Assembly (NCBI GenBank): GCA_002309655.1
Contig: DBXM01000002.1
Coordinates: 12,960-76,959, forward strand
DNA length: 64,000 nt
Source of the DNA: Mageeibacillus sp. UBA1212
GTDB lineage: Bacteria > Bacillota > Clostridia > UBA1212
Direction of reading: 5' to 3'
In this document: positions 53,351 to 63,770 of the stretch, in pieces
Numbering within the stretch: the stretch's first letter is position 1
Layout: every line of letters begins with the position of its first letter
The notes under the pieces: model-generated
Told to the model about the DNA's origin: nothing
What the model saw: the letters and a program-made list of their open reading frames with translations, nothing else
Database searches by the model: none
Translations under genes and position numbers: made by a program

Positions 53351-54372
53351 GTACCGAATCCGTTAGTATTAACGCGCCGGAAAATCCCGGATTTACCGAA
53401 ATAAAGGCAAAAAGTGATAATAGAGAAGTCGTGCTAGAGGTGCGCCACCTCGAAAAGTATTTCGGCCGCCGCCGCGTTATCGCGGACGCTTCTTTTGACG
53501 TTTACGCCGGCGAGATATTCGGCTTTCTAGGGCCCAACGGCGCCGGGAAGACCACGACCATCAAAATGATTCTGGGCTTTCTCTTCCCTGACTCCGGCGA
53601 GATCCGCATCATGGGCCACGATCTCCGCACCGAATACGAAAAAGCGCTGGCCTGCGTGGGCGGCATCGTCGAAAATCCCGACATGTTCCGCGACTTCAGC
53701 GGTCTGGAAAATCTGAAAATGTACGCCGACCTTCACGACGGAGTAACGCGTGAACGCATCGACGAGGTCGTGCGGCTCGTGGGTCTCGAGAAGCGTATCC
53801 GCGACAAGGTCCGCAAGTACTCCCTCGGCATGAAGCAGCGCCTCGGCGTCGCCCAGAGCATACTTCACAAGCCGAAGCTGCTGATTCTCGACGAGCCCAC
53901 CAACGGTCTCGACCCGGCAGGCGTCAAGGAGCTCCGCAACACGCTCCGGAAAATGGCCGACGAAGAACAAATCGCGGTGTTCGTCTCCAGCCACATGCTC
54001 GCTGAGATGGACCTCATGTGCGACCGCGTATGCATTATCGACAAGGGCGTCATTAAAGGCGTCATGTCCGTCGAAGAGCTCCGCCACGCCGGCGGGAACG
54101 AGCGTGAATTCAATTACACGCTGACCGGCGCGCCGCGGGAGCAGGCTCTCGGCATCCTTCGCGGGCTCGGGCTTTCACCCTCCCCCGCTTCAACTACTGA
54201 CGGCGACGACGCTTCGTTCAACGTTTCTGTCCGCATGGACCGTTCCCGCCTCGCGGAGGTCAACACGGCTCTGATTTCAGCCGGCGTCAGCGTTCTCACC
54301 GTCGCGGAGACGAACCGCACCCTCGAGGACGTCTTCATGGCTGTAACGGAAGGAGGCGGCACAATTGAGTAA
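53347..54372 (+). CDS. ABC transporter ATP-binding protein
   Basis: Walker A GPNGAGKTT, signature LSLGMKQR, Walker B LLILDEPT, plus an about 100 aa C-terminal extension. Confidence 0.85.
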   Translation: MSTESVSINAPENPGFTEIKAKSDNREVVLEVRHLEKYFGRRRVIADASFDVYAGEIFGFLGPNGAGKTTTIKMILGFLFPDSGEIRIMGHDLRTEYEKALACVGGIVENPDMFRDFSGLENLKMYADLHDGVTRERIDEVVRLVGLEKRIRDKVRKYSLGMKQRLGVAQSILHKPKLLILDEPTNGLDPAGVKELRNTLRKMADEEQIAVFVSSHMLAEMDLMCDRVCIIDKGVIKGVMSVEELRHAGGNEREFNYTLTGAPREQALGILRGLGLSPSPASTTDGDDASFNVSVRMDRSRLAEVNTALISAGVSVLTVAETNRTLEDVFMAVTEGGGTIE

Positions 54373-56032
54373 ACTGTCAAAACTCTACAAGAACGAAATG
54401 AAGCGCGTCATCCTCCGCCCCACTATGTGGATCGGTCTGCTTCTCGCGTTCGCGCTGACCGCGGGCATGGCTTTGAAAGGAAGAGCGACCATTCTCGAAT
54501 CGCGCCAGAATATGTCCGAAGGCGAATACCTCAACAACCTCAAGCAGCAGATTATGCTCGAAAAGGAGCGAATCAAGAGTTATAACGAGGCCCTCTCGGT
54601 TGCCGAAACGCAGCTCACCGAATCAGACAGCAGTTCTTCCGAATACCTTTCGGCGGTCAACCGGGCGATCTCAAGCAGGCGCGGTCTGACGTGCTCGCGG
54701 GCGAGAATTTCCGTCCTCCAGATGAAGCTTGACAACCGCCTCACCGGGAACGACTACCGGACCGCAATTCTCGAAGTACTCCTGCGGAATTACGAGCAAA
54801 CGGAGGCTCACAGCCCCGGCTACAGCTACGGCTCGCTTGAATACGCCCTCGAAAAACTCAATGAGGCGATTACGGTAATTCCCGTCGACGAGCAGGCCTT
54901 TTCGGACCGTCTTGCCGCGCTGGAGCCGGCAGTTAAAAGCGATGATTTTGCCTACTTTTTGGACGAATTAATAACTGCAAAGGAATCGGAGCCGGAATCC
55001 CCTCTGCGCGACGCCACCCTCGAGGCCTACAGTCTCGTCAAGTCATACGGACCCGAAAAGCTGAGCCACGCCGGCGTGCAGGAAGTCATCCGCCGCGTCA
55101 GCGACTACGCCTCCGCAAAAGTGGTCTATCTTGACGTGTCAGGCAAAAACAGCCGCGGTATTCAGAGCGAAACCTTGAAGAAGAGCACCACAATCTACAA
55201 TCTGCTCACCGCCGACCTCGAGAACAACATCTCCGGCGAACGCGCCGCAAGAATCACATCCTTCGACCCGAAGCTTCCCACCGACTCAACCGTTTCCGAC
55301 CCCAACAACGTAATCTCCATGTCAGTGGGCATTGTCGGAATGCTCGGAGTGCTCCTCACGGTTCTCGTGATCGCAGGCAGCTCGGTGGCGGGTGAAATAC
55401 GCAGCGGCTCGATAAAATCTCTTATCGTGGCACCGGTCAAGCGCGGCAAGATATTCGCCTCGAAGGTGCTGATGATTCTCACCGTGACCGTATTCCTCTC
55501 ACTCGCCGTTTCCGCCTTCGGCCTCCTTTTCGGCTCCGCGGTAACAGGCGTCTGGAACCACGGCCGCGTCCTCTACAACTCCGGCACCGAAGCGCGCATA
55601 ATGCCCTTCTGGGCCGCCACGCTTCTCACCTCGCTGATCGACGCGTACGGAATCTTCTTCCTCGCTATGATCGCGCTGACCCTCTCCTGCCTCACCCGGA
55701 ACTCCGTCGTGTCAGTGCTCGCCCCCGCGGGCTACTACATCGCCAAGGTACTCATCGACATCGCCGGCGGCCTCACCTCCGACCGTTTCGTGAACGCCGT
55801 CCTCCCGATGGAAAACTTCCGCAACCTCTGCTTCACAAAGGACGCCGGTTCCCTGATCAACGCGAGCCGCCTGATTGTTGGAAGCCTCGACTCGGATTCT
55901 CCGTTCGGCGAAGCAATCAACTACATCATGCACCCGGTAACGACCGTCTACTCGCTGATCTTTACGCTCATCCTCATCGCGATAATAATCTGGGCGGCGA
56001 GGGACGCGTTCTGCAGACGCGACATTACCTGA
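54365..56032 (+). CDS. ABC-2-type permease with about 280-aa extracytoplasmic coiled-coil insertion between TM1 and the C-terminal TM bundle
   Basis: TTG start at 54365, after GGAGG. 555 aa: TM1, long helical/charged domain, then five TM helices. Confidence 0.7.
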   Translation: MSKLSKLYKNEMKRVILRPTMWIGLLLAFALTAGMALKGRATILESRQNMSEGEYLNNLKQQIMLEKERIKSYNEALSVAETQLTESDSSSSEYLSAVNRAISSRRGLTCSRARISVLQMKLDNRLTGNDYRTAILEVLLRNYEQTEAHSPGYSYGSLEYALEKLNEAITVIPVDEQAFSDRLAALEPAVKSDDFAYFLDELITAKESEPESPLRDATLEAYSLVKSYGPEKLSHAGVQEVIRRVSDYASAKVVYLDVSGKNSRGIQSETLKKSTTIYNLLTADLENNISGERAARITSFDPKLPTDSTVSDPNNVISMSVGIVGMLGVLLTVLVIAGSSVAGEIRSGSIKSLIVAPVKRGKIFASKVLMILTVTVFLSLAVSAFGLLFGSAVTGVWNHGRVLYNSGTEARIMPFWAATLLTSLIDAYGIFFLAMIALTLSCLTRNSVVSVLAPAGYYIAKVLIDIAGGLTSDRFVNAVLPMENFRNLCFTKDAGSLINASRLIVGSLDSDSPFGEAINYIMHPVTTVYSLIFTLILIAIIIWAARDAFCRRDIT

Positions 56033-56198
56033 GGCGCTTGATGCACCGGAAAACAGAATAATACAACAAAGGGAAAGCCGTCTTAACGCACCTTTAAAAG
56101 CCCGGCAACGGGCCCCGTGCAAAAAGATAGTTTTCCCTTTTTATAGGCAAAATGTTCAGTCGGATTCAAGCGGCTGAAACTCTCTTCGAATCAGGTTC

Positions 56199-56852
56199 TC
56201 AGGTCATCTTCTCCTGCTTGACCTTCTTGTCGATCACATGCCTGCGGCCGAGTTCCGCCCTGACGTCGTCGAGAGATATTCCCGCTTCGGCCATCAGCAC
56301 CATCACGTGGTAAACCAGGTCGGAAATCTCGTAAACCGTCTCCGCCTTGTCCCGCGCCTTGCCCGCGATAATGACCTCCGTGGACTCCTCGCCGACCTTT
56401 TTCAAAATCTTGTCGAGCCCCTTCTCGAATAGATAGGAGGTGTACGAGCCCTCTTTTTTGTTGACCTTGCGGTCCTTGATCATCTCCATCAGCGCATCCG
56501 CGGTGAAGCCCTCCTGCGTGTCGCTCTTATACACCGGATACTCAAAGCAGGAATCCGTTCCCAAATGGCAGGCGGGACCGTCCGCCTTCACCTCGATAAC
56601 CAGCGAGTCGCGGTCGCAGTCGGCGGTAACGGAAATGATGTGCTGGTAGTTCCCGCTTGTGTCGCCTTTCAGCCACAGCTCCTCCCGCGAACGGCTCCAG
56701 AAGCAGGTCAGCCCTTTCTCAAGGGAAATCTCCAGGCTTTCGCGGTTCATATACGCAAGCATAAGCACGCGGCGTGTCGCGTAGTCGACCACCACCGCTG
56801 GAATCAGCCCTTTTTCGTCATATTTCAGTTCGTCAATCGTTACCATAATCAA
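56199..56852 (-). CDS. hisI: Bifunctional phosphoribosyl-AMP cyclohydrolase / phosphoribosyl-ATP pyrophosphatase HisIE
   Basis: 217 aa; HisI (CHLGTDSCF) plus HisE halves. Confidence 0.85.
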   Translation of the reverse strand: MIMVTIDELKYDEKGLIPAVVVDYATRRVLMLAYMNRESLEISLEKGLTCFWSRSREELWLKGDTSGNYQHIISVTADCDRDSLVIEVKADGPACHLGTDSCFEYPVYKSDTQEGFTADALMEMIKDRKVNKKEGSYTSYLFEKGLDKILKKVGEESTEVIIAGKARDKAETVYEISDLVYHVMVLMAEAGISLDDVRAELGRRHVIDKKVKQEKMT

Positions 56853-56857
56853 ATCTC

Positions 56858-57619
56858 CTAAACGATTCTCGCCGGCACTCCCGCCGCCGCCATTCTGCGC
56901 TTAAGCTCCGGAATTTCGATCTCCCCGAAGTGGAACACCGACGCCGCCAGCCCCGCGTCAACCTGCGGAAGCGTTCTGAAAAGGTGGATGAAATCGCCTA
57001 TCGACCCCGCGCCTCCCGACGCAATAATCGGCACCCTCACGCTCATGCAGACCTTCGCCAGCAGGTCCAGGTCGAACCCCTTCTTCACGCCGTCCGTGTC
57101 GATCGAGTTGACCACGACCTCCCCCGCGCCGGTTTCGACGCAGCGTTTGATCCAGCCGATGGCCTCCATTCCCGTGTCCTCACGACCGCCTTTGGCGAAA
57201 ACGTGAAATTTCCCGTTAACGCGCGCCACGTCGACCGACAGCACCACGCACTGGCTTCCATATCTCTCGGCCGCCTTCGCGACAAGAGAAGGGTCGCGGA
57301 TCGCACCCGAGTTTACGCTGACCTTGTCGGCCCCGCATTTCAGAACCCTGTCGAAGTCGTCGAGCGTGTTGATCCCGCCACCCACGGTAAGCGGTATGAA
57401 AACCCGCGAAGCCGTCTCGGCGAGAATGTCCGTGAACAGCCTGCGGCCTTCCGCCGACGCCGTGATGTCGTAAAAAACCAGTTCGTCCGCGCCTGCACGG
57501 CTGTAGTATTCCGCAAGCTCCACCGGCGACGCCACGTCTCCGAGGTTCTTGAAATTAACGCCTTTTACCACTCTTCCGTCGCGAACGTCAAGGCAGGGAA
57601 TGATTCTCTTCGTTATCAT
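56858..57619 (-). CDS. hisF: Imidazole glycerol phosphate synthase cyclase subunit HisF
   Basis: 253 aa (beta/alpha)8 barrel with RIIPCLDV and GAGE motifs. Confidence 0.9.
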   Translation of the reverse strand: MITKRIIPCLDVRDGRVVKGVNFKNLGDVASPVELAEYYSRAGADELVFYDITASAEGRRLFTDILAETASRVFIPLTVGGGINTLDDFDRVLKCGADKVSVNSGAIRDPSLVAKAAERYGSQCVVLSVDVARVNGKFHVFAKGGREDTGMEAIGWIKRCVETGAGEVVVNSIDTDGVKKGFDLDLLAKVCMSVRVPIIASGGAGSIGDFIHLFRTLPQVDAGLAASVFHFGEIEIPELKRRMAAAGVPARIV

Positions 57620-58344
57620 ACTTCCGCCTCCCCGGCCGCCGCCTTAACCGCCTCCGCAAGGTCTACCGCGCGCGTATAATATGCCTTTCCGATTATCGCG
57701 CCGTAAAGACCCAGTTTCTTAAGCGCCGCGACGTCTTCCATCGAAGAGACGCCTCCCGACGCAATGATATCGACCCCGGAACCCTCCGAAAGCGTCCTGT
57801 AGAGCTCAAGGTTCGTCCCGCGCATGGCGCCGTCCCTCGAAATATCGGTAACAATTATCGTCCCGATTCCGAGCGTTTTGACCCGCTTCAGGAATTCAAT
57901 TCCGTCAATTTCTGTCTTCTCGGTCCAGCCCTTTATCGCGACTTTTCCGTCCTTCAAATCGATTCCGACCGCGATCTTTTCGCCGTAAAGCGAGGCGCAC
58001 CTCTCCAAAAAGTCCGGATTTTCGACCGCCGCTGTGCCTAAAATGACCCTGTCGATTCCGTTCTCGAGATATTTCCCGACCGTCTCGACCGTTCTGATTC
58101 CGCCGCCGACTTCCGTGAAAAGACCCGACTCTTTCTTTAGTTTCAAAATGAGTTCAAGGTTCGGCGTGCCGCCGGTGCGCGCGCCTTCCAGATCCACGAC
58201 GTGCATCTGCCCCGCACCGCACTCTCTGAAATCAAGAGCTACTTCAAGCGGGTTCTCGCTGTAAACCGTCATCTCGCGGTAGTCGCCTTTGTAGAGCCTT
58301 ACCGCCCTGCCGCCGTAAATATCAATTGCGGGAAAAATCAACAT
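57616..58344 (-). CDS. hisA: ProFAR isomerase HisA
   Basis: 242 aa; IFPAIDI N-terminal motif. 4-nt overlap with hisF. Confidence 0.9.
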   Translation of the reverse strand: MLIFPAIDIYGGRAVRLYKGDYREMTVYSENPLEVALDFRECGAGQMHVVDLEGARTGGTPNLELILKLKKESGLFTEVGGGIRTVETVGKYLENGIDRVILGTAAVENPDFLERCASLYGEKIAVGIDLKDGKVAIKGWTEKTEIDGIEFLKRVKTLGIGTIIVTDISRDGAMRGTNLELYRTLSEGSGVDIIASGGVSSMEDVAALKKLGLYGAIIGKAYYTRAVDLAEAVKAAAGEAEV

Positions 58345-58350
58345 GCGGCG

Positions 58351-58989
58351 TCACCCCTTCCCGCCGGGAATACCGGAAATACCGCAGAACGCGCGCAGAA
58401 TTTCAAGACCCGCTCCCCCGCTTTTTTCCGGGTGAAACTGGCATCCGTAAACGTTCCCGAGCTGAACCGAAGCAGTGATTTCCGCGCCGTATTCAGTCAC
58501 AGCCGCAAGCGCCTCTCCACAATCCACGGCACAGAAAGAGTGCACGAAATACACGCACTCGCCGTCGTTAACGTTCGCTAAAAGCGGCTCTTTTTTAAGG
58601 ATTTTCAGCTGGTTCCAGCCAATGTGGGGAATCTTCAGGCGCCTGTCCCAGTTCTCGAGAGAGTTCACAGGCACGACGCGACCCGGGATCAGTCCGAGCC
58701 CTTTGTGCAGACCGAATTCTTCGCTCTCGTCGAAGAGCAGCTGCATCCCGAGGCAGATTCCCATCAGCGGCTTTCCGGTCGCGGCAAACGCCTTCACGAC
58801 CGCGTCAAGCCCCTTCTCCCGCAGCTTGTCTGCAGCGTCTCCGAACGCTCCGACTCCCGGAAGAATCAGCCTGTCCGCCGCCATGATCTCGTCCGGATCC
58901 GACGTGACCGCGGCCTCTTCGCCTATGTATTTAAGGGAACTGCGAAGTGAAAAAAGATTCCCGACGCCGTAGTCCAAAATCGCAGTCAT
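58351..58989 (-). CDS. hisH: Imidazole glycerol phosphate synthase glutaminase subunit HisH
   Basis: 212 aa. GICLGMQ catalytic Cys and HPE. Confidence 0.9.
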   Translation of the reverse strand: MTAILDYGVGNLFSLRSSLKYIGEEAAVTSDPDEIMAADRLILPGVGAFGDAADKLREKGLDAVVKAFAATGKPLMGICLGMQLLFDESEEFGLHKGLGLIPGRVVPVNSLENWDRRLKIPHIGWNQLKILKKEPLLANVNDGECVYFVHSFCAVDCGEALAAVTEYGAEITASVQLGNVYGCQFHPEKSGGAGLEILRAFCGISGIPGGKG

Positions 58990-59043
58990 AAAGTGTCCTC
59001 CGATTTACGGTTTTTACCTATATAAAGGCAAATATCCATGTCT

Positions 59044-59628
59044 TTACAGAACTCCCTTGCTGGACGGAACTCCGCCTTCCAAAGACGGGTCGACCGCCAC
59101 AGCCTGCCTGACCGTTACCGCAACCGACTTGAAAATGCCCTCGATGATGTGGTGCGTGTTCGTTCCCGCAAGCTTCCTGATGTGCAGCGTGCATTGGGCG
59201 TTTCTGGCAAAAGCCGTCCAGAACTCCTCAACGAGCTCCGTGTCGAAGTTCCCGCACTTCTGCGCCGGCATCTCCGCGTCGAACGCCAGAAACGCGCGCC
59301 CCGAAAAATCGACCGCCGACAAAATCAGCGCCTCGTCCATAGGAAGGATGAAATTCCCGTACCTGAAGATGCCGCGTCTGTCGCCCAGCGCCTCTTTGAA
59401 AGCCGCTCCCAGCGCGATCCCCACGTCCTCAACACTGTGGTGATCGTCGACATAAGTGTCGCCCTTGCAAGTCACTTCGAGCCCGAACCGGCCGTGCACC
59501 GCAAAAAGCGTCAGCATGTGGTCAAGAAATCCCACGCCTGTGTCCACCGACACCTTCCCGCCGTCAAGAACAAGCTTCAGCAAAACGCTTGTTTCGTTCG
59601 TTTCTCTTTTGATTTCCGCGTCTCTCAT
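59044..59628 (-). CDS. hisB: Imidazoleglycerol-phosphate dehydratase HisB
   Basis: 194 aa; TGVGFLDHML and HHIIEG motifs. Confidence 0.9.
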   Translation of the reverse strand: MRDAEIKRETNETSVLLKLVLDGGKVSVDTGVGFLDHMLTLFAVHGRFGLEVTCKGDTYVDDHHSVEDVGIALGAAFKEALGDRRGIFRYGNFILPMDEALILSAVDFSGRAFLAFDAEMPAQKCGNFDTELVEEFWTAFARNAQCTLHIRKLAGTNTHHIIEGIFKSVAVTVRQAVAVDPSLEGGVPSSKGVL

Positions 59629-59663
59629 CTTTGCTACCTCCCGGTAAAATTCACGCAGTCCGC

Positions 59664-60734
59664 TTATAAAATCTCTTCCAGAATCCCGTCTACGGCTTTT
59701 TCGAAAACGTCCGTCTGTTCCCTGCTTCCGACAGTGATTCTGTTATAGTCGACGATCCTCTCCGGCCTCCCGAAGTGCCTTACAAGAATCCCCCTTTCTC
59801 TTAACTTCAAATAAAACCCGACGCCGCCAATCTTGGGATGCGCGGCGAAAACGAAATTCGCTTTCGAATCGGTCAGCAGGAATCCTCTCCGCTTCAGGTA
59901 CGCACTCAGTTCATCCCGATTTTTCTCTATAACAAGGCAATTTTCGCGTGTGTACGCCTCGTCCTCGAGCGCGCCTGCACCCATTGCCTGCGTTACCGAG
60001 TTGACGTTGTACGGGTTGACCGAATTCCTCAAAGTCTCGATATCCGCAATCACCCTCTCCTGCGCAAACCCGAAACCGAGCCTCGCGCCCGCCATCGACC
60101 GCGACTTCGAAAAAGTCTGCGTCACGAGTAGATTTTCGTATTTTCCAACAAGTCCGACCGCGCTCTCCGCTCCGAAATCAACGTACGCCTCATCGACGAC
60201 GACCATTCTCGACGCGTCCGACTCCAGCAGAAATCTGATTGCCTCAAGTGAAAGCGCCACGCCTGTCGGAGCGTTCGGGTTGGCTATAAAAAGCGTTCCT
60301 TTTTCCGCCGCCATCCGCTCGACGTCGACCGAAAAATCCTCCTTCAAGGGTATCTCTTTAAAAGGAACCCTGTTCTGCGCCGCAAAGACCGGATAAAACC
60401 CGTAAGTCACGTCCGGGAACACCGCCGGCGTCCCGCAGTCGCAAAAGGCGGAAAACGCGAAATTCAGCACCTCGTCTGAGCCGTTCGCGCAGGTGATGTT
60501 GTCCGCACCCACCCCGAACACATCCGAGGCCTTCCGCCTCAATTCAATGCAAGAAGGATCTGAATATAGGTTTAACCCATTCACGGCTTCGATTCCTGCC
60601 GCGACAGCTTTCGGAGACGGCGGGAAAGGCGACTCATTGGTGTTCAGTTTGACGAACTTCCGACCGCCCCGCGGCTGCTCACCCGGCACGTAAGGCGAAA
60701 GCCCTTCATATTTTTCACTGAAAAACCGGCTCAT
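59664..60734 (-). CDS. hisC: Histidinol-phosphate aminotransferase HisC
   Basis: Start reassigned to ATG 60734 (MSRFFSEKYEGLSPYVPGEQP). It overlaps the hisD stop as ATGA. Confidence 0.85.
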   Translation of the reverse strand: MSRFFSEKYEGLSPYVPGEQPRGGRKFVKLNTNESPFPPSPKAVAAGIEAVNGLNLYSDPSCIELRRKASDVFGVGADNITCANGSDEVLNFAFSAFCDCGTPAVFPDVTYGFYPVFAAQNRVPFKEIPLKEDFSVDVERMAAEKGTLFIANPNAPTGVALSLEAIRFLLESDASRMVVVDEAYVDFGAESAVGLVGKYENLLVTQTFSKSRSMAGARLGFGFAQERVIADIETLRNSVNPYNVNSVTQAMGAGALEDEAYTRENCLVIEKNRDELSAYLKRRGFLLTDSKANFVFAAHPKIGGVGFYLKLRERGILVRHFGRPERIVDYNRITVGSREQTDVFEKAVDGILEEIL

Positions 60735-62020
60735 TCCACCGCCCCGCTTTCTTCCGCGCGAATCATTACGCTCCTGCCGTGTCCTGTAAGACCCTCTTTT
60801 TTCGCGAATTCGTTCACCTTCGCCGCGCACTTTGCCAGCGATTTCTCGTCATACTCAATGAATTGAATCTTCTTTACGAAATCGTCGACCGACAGCGCGC
60901 TCGAGAACCTCGCCGTTCCCCCTGTGGGAAGGGTGTGGTTCGGCCCCGCGAAATAGTCTCCCAGAGCCTCCGGGCAGTACCTTCCGAGGAATACCGAGCC
61001 GGCGTTTTTTACCTTCGCGAGATACGTGTAAGGGTCGTCAACCGACAGCTCGAGGTGCTCCGGAGCTATCTCATTAGCCACCGCAACCGCCTCCCAAATA
61101 TCCGCCGCGACAATGATCTTTCCGTTGCTGTCTATAGAGGCGCGCGCGATGTCAGCCCTTTCGAGAAGCGGAATCTGCCTCTCAAGCTCAAGGCTTACCG
61201 CCTCCGCGAGTTCCTCCGAATCGGTAACGAGCACCGCCGACGCCATCCTGTCGTGTTCCGCCTGGGAAAGCATATCCGCCGCCACCCAAGAAGCCCGCGA
61301 CTTTCCGTCCGCCACGATCAAAATCTCGCTGGGTCCCGCAATCATATCAATCGAAACCGCTCCGAAAACCTGCCTCTTCGCCTCAGCCACAAAAGCGTTC
61401 CCGGGCCCCACGATCTTGTCCGTTTTGGGAACCGTTTCCGTCCCGAACGCCATCGCCGCAATCGCCTGCGCGCCGCCGATTTTGAAAACTCTATCGACGC
61501 CCGCAATCTTAGCCGCCGCGAGTATTGCCGCAGGAATCTTCCCGTTTCTGCCCGGAGGCGTCGCGATTATGACCTCTCCGCAGCCCGCGATTTTTGCAGG
61601 AATCGAATCCATCAGCACTGTCGAAGGATACGCCGCGGTGCCGCCCGGAACATACAGTCCCGCTTTCTCGACCGGAACGATTTTCTGCCCCACGACCGCG
61701 CCCTGGGCGTTGACCGTTTTAAAGCCCTCCCGCTTCTGAAGCGAGTGAAAAAGTCTTATATTTTCCGCCGCCCCCTCGAGAATGCCCGTAAACTCCGCGC
61801 CGCACTCGAGCCACGCCTCTTCGAACTCCTCCGGAGACACTTCGAGCGATGAAAGGACCGCTCCGTCAAACTTCGCGGTATATTCAAAAAGAGCCTTGTC
61901 GCCGCGTTTTTTAACGTCCTCTATAATGGTTTTAACGGTCGTCGCGACGTCGCGCGAAGTATCCGTCCTTGCGAATATCTGTTCGTTCGGCACGCTGCCG
62001 AGTTTCATGATTCTGATCAT
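60731..62020 (-). CDS. hisD: Histidinol dehydrogenase HisD
   Basis: 429 aa. Conserved HisD core (GPGNAFVAEAKR, SQAEHD). Confidence 0.9.
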   Translation of the reverse strand: MIRIMKLGSVPNEQIFARTDTSRDVATTVKTIIEDVKKRGDKALFEYTAKFDGAVLSSLEVSPEEFEEAWLECGAEFTGILEGAAENIRLFHSLQKREGFKTVNAQGAVVGQKIVPVEKAGLYVPGGTAAYPSTVLMDSIPAKIAGCGEVIIATPPGRNGKIPAAILAAAKIAGVDRVFKIGGAQAIAAMAFGTETVPKTDKIVGPGNAFVAEAKRQVFGAVSIDMIAGPSEILIVADGKSRASWVAADMLSQAEHDRMASAVLVTDSEELAEAVSLELERQIPLLERADIARASIDSNGKIIVAADIWEAVAVANEIAPEHLELSVDDPYTYLAKVKNAGSVFLGRYCPEALGDYFAGPNHTLPTGGTARFSSALSVDDFVKKIQFIEYDEKSLAKCAAKVNEFAKKEGLTGHGRSVMIRAEESGAVE

Positions 62021-62026
62021 AGCGTT

Positions 62027-62665
62027 TTATTCCTGATTCACGGCCTTCCCGACCGCCTCCGCGAGCTTCCTTATCTCCGCGTTTTTAAATCTGTAGGACG
62101 ACTTGTTCGCGATCAGCCTCGCGCTCACCGGGAATATCGTCTCGACGACCTCAAGATCGTTCTCTTTTAAGGTGGTTCCGGTTTCAACGATGTCCACAAT
62201 CACGTCCGAGAGACCCAGAATAGGCGCTATTTCGATCGAGCCGTTCAGGCGGATTATATCAATGTCCCGCCCTTTTCCGCGGTAGTACTCGCGCGCGATG
62301 TTCGTGAATTTCGTCGCGACTCTCAACGTTCCGCTGAAATCGTCGCTGAACCCTTTCGGCGCCGCCACAACCATTCTGCAAATACCCGTGCGCAGATCCG
62401 CCAGTTCGTAAACGTCCGGTCCGTATTCGAGCAGAAGGTCCTTTCCCGCCGCTCCTATGTCGGCCGCTCCCCGCTCCACGTAAATCGCCACGTCGGACGG
62501 CTTGACCCAGAAGTACCTGATGCCCGCCTCCGGATTCTCGAAAACGAGTTTCCGGCTGCTTTCGACGGCCTCCCTGCAGGGGTAGCCCGCCTTCTCGAAA
62601 AGCGAGTAGACCTTTTCGCCGAGTCTGCCTTTGGGAAGCGCCACGTTAATGAAATCATTCTTCAT
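62027..62665 (-). CDS. hisG: ATP phosphoribosyltransferase catalytic subunit HisG (short form)
   Basis: 212 aa short-form HisG, which implies a HisZ partner (present directly upstream). Confidence 0.9.
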   Translation of the reverse strand: MKNDFINVALPKGRLGEKVYSLFEKAGYPCREAVESSRKLVFENPEAGIRYFWVKPSDVAIYVERGAADIGAAGKDLLLEYGPDVYELADLRTGICRMVVAAPKGFSDDFSGTLRVATKFTNIAREYYRGKGRDIDIIRLNGSIEIAPILGLSDVIVDIVETGTTLKENDLEVVETIFPVSARLIANKSSYRFKNAEIRKLAEAVGKAVNQE

Positions 62666-63770
62666 AAGTAACGTCCCCCTCTCCGCCGATGTAACCGGTC
62701 CGCCTGTAGCGGGCTTTAAACCTCTCCGATTCGACCGCCGGCGCCGCCTTTACAGTGAGCCCTTTGGCGTTCATACCTATCACGGTTTGAAGCACCGTCT
62801 TCTGAGGCACGCCCTCCGGATAGACCAGCAGCACGTCGCCGTCAAATTCGTTCCGCACGCGCGGCAACCTCTCAAGCGCGTCGACGTAAACCGCGAATCC
62901 GATTGCCTGCCCGTCCGGCAGAAACCGCCTCACGAGCCTGTCGTACTGGCCGCCCGAAAGAACGCGCTCGGGAACGCCCTCCACGTATCCTTTAAAAGCG
63001 ATTCCGTTGTAATAGTTTCTGTCTCCGGCGGTCGAAAAGTCGATTCTGACGCATCCCGCGCAGTCGGTGCCCTCCAGGGTATCAACGGCGTTTTTCAGCT
63101 TAAAATAGGCATTTTCGAGTCCCAGCTCCGACGCGGTTTCCGCGACCTCGGGCAGCGTTTCGGCGGGCGTTCCGTACAGTCCCGCAAGGGTCTTGAGAGG
63201 CGCGGCAGCACCCGCATCACTAAGCTTTAGCCGCGCCGCGATCTCCTCTATCCCGTGCGTGTTTTTCTCTCTAACGCACGCCATCAGCGCTTCAAGCACC
63301 GCGGGGTCGTCCGATATCCTCATCGCCGCTCCCGTCAGCAGCTCCTGTTCGCCCAAATCCAGCACAAATCCGCGCCCTGTGGCCTTCAGGCTCAGCGCCG
63401 CGAGGTACAGAACCTCCGCCACGCAGTAACCGTCGACCCGCCCGATACACTCCAGTCCGGTCTGCGGTATCTCTTTAAAAGAGTCAGTGCCCTTCGACAC
63501 GCGGTAGACGTTCTCGCTGTAAAACAGTTTTTTGGTCTGTCCCGGCCTCGCGTCGCAGTTCTTGATGATGGAAAGCGTCACGTCCGGTTTGAGCGCCATG
63601 AGCCGTCCGTCGGTGTCCGTAAAAGTGATCACGCCGTCGGAAATCAGGAACTCCCTGTTCCGCGCGTAGAGGTCGTACTCCTCGAACTTGCTCATTTTAT
63701 AGGGGCTGTAACCGAATCCCGCGTATATTCCGCTCAGTTTCGACGTAATTCCGCCTGCCGGATCATACAC
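62655..63770 (-). CDS. hisZ: ATP phosphoribosyltransferase regulatory subunit HisZ (HisRS paralog lacking the anticodon-binding domain)
   Basis: 371 aa. GTG start at 63770, 8 nt after AAGAGGGGGGG. Class II aaRS-like core without a C-terminal anticodon domain. Confidence 0.8.
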   Translation of the reverse strand: MYDPAGGITSKLSGIYAGFGYSPYKMSKFEEYDLYARNREFLISDGVITFTDTDGRLMALKPDVTLSIIKNCDARPGQTKKLFYSENVYRVSKGTDSFKEIPQTGLECIGRVDGYCVAEVLYLAALSLKATGRGFVLDLGEQELLTGAAMRISDDPAVLEALMACVREKNTHGIEEIAARLKLSDAGAAAPLKTLAGLYGTPAETLPEVAETASELGLENAYFKLKNAVDTLEGTDCAGCVRIDFSTAGDRNYYNGIAFKGYVEGVPERVLSGGQYDRLVRRFLPDGQAIGFAVYVDALERLPRVRNEFDGDVLLVYPEGVPQKTVLQTVIGMNAKGLTVKAAPAVESERFKARYRRTGYIGGEGDVTYEE

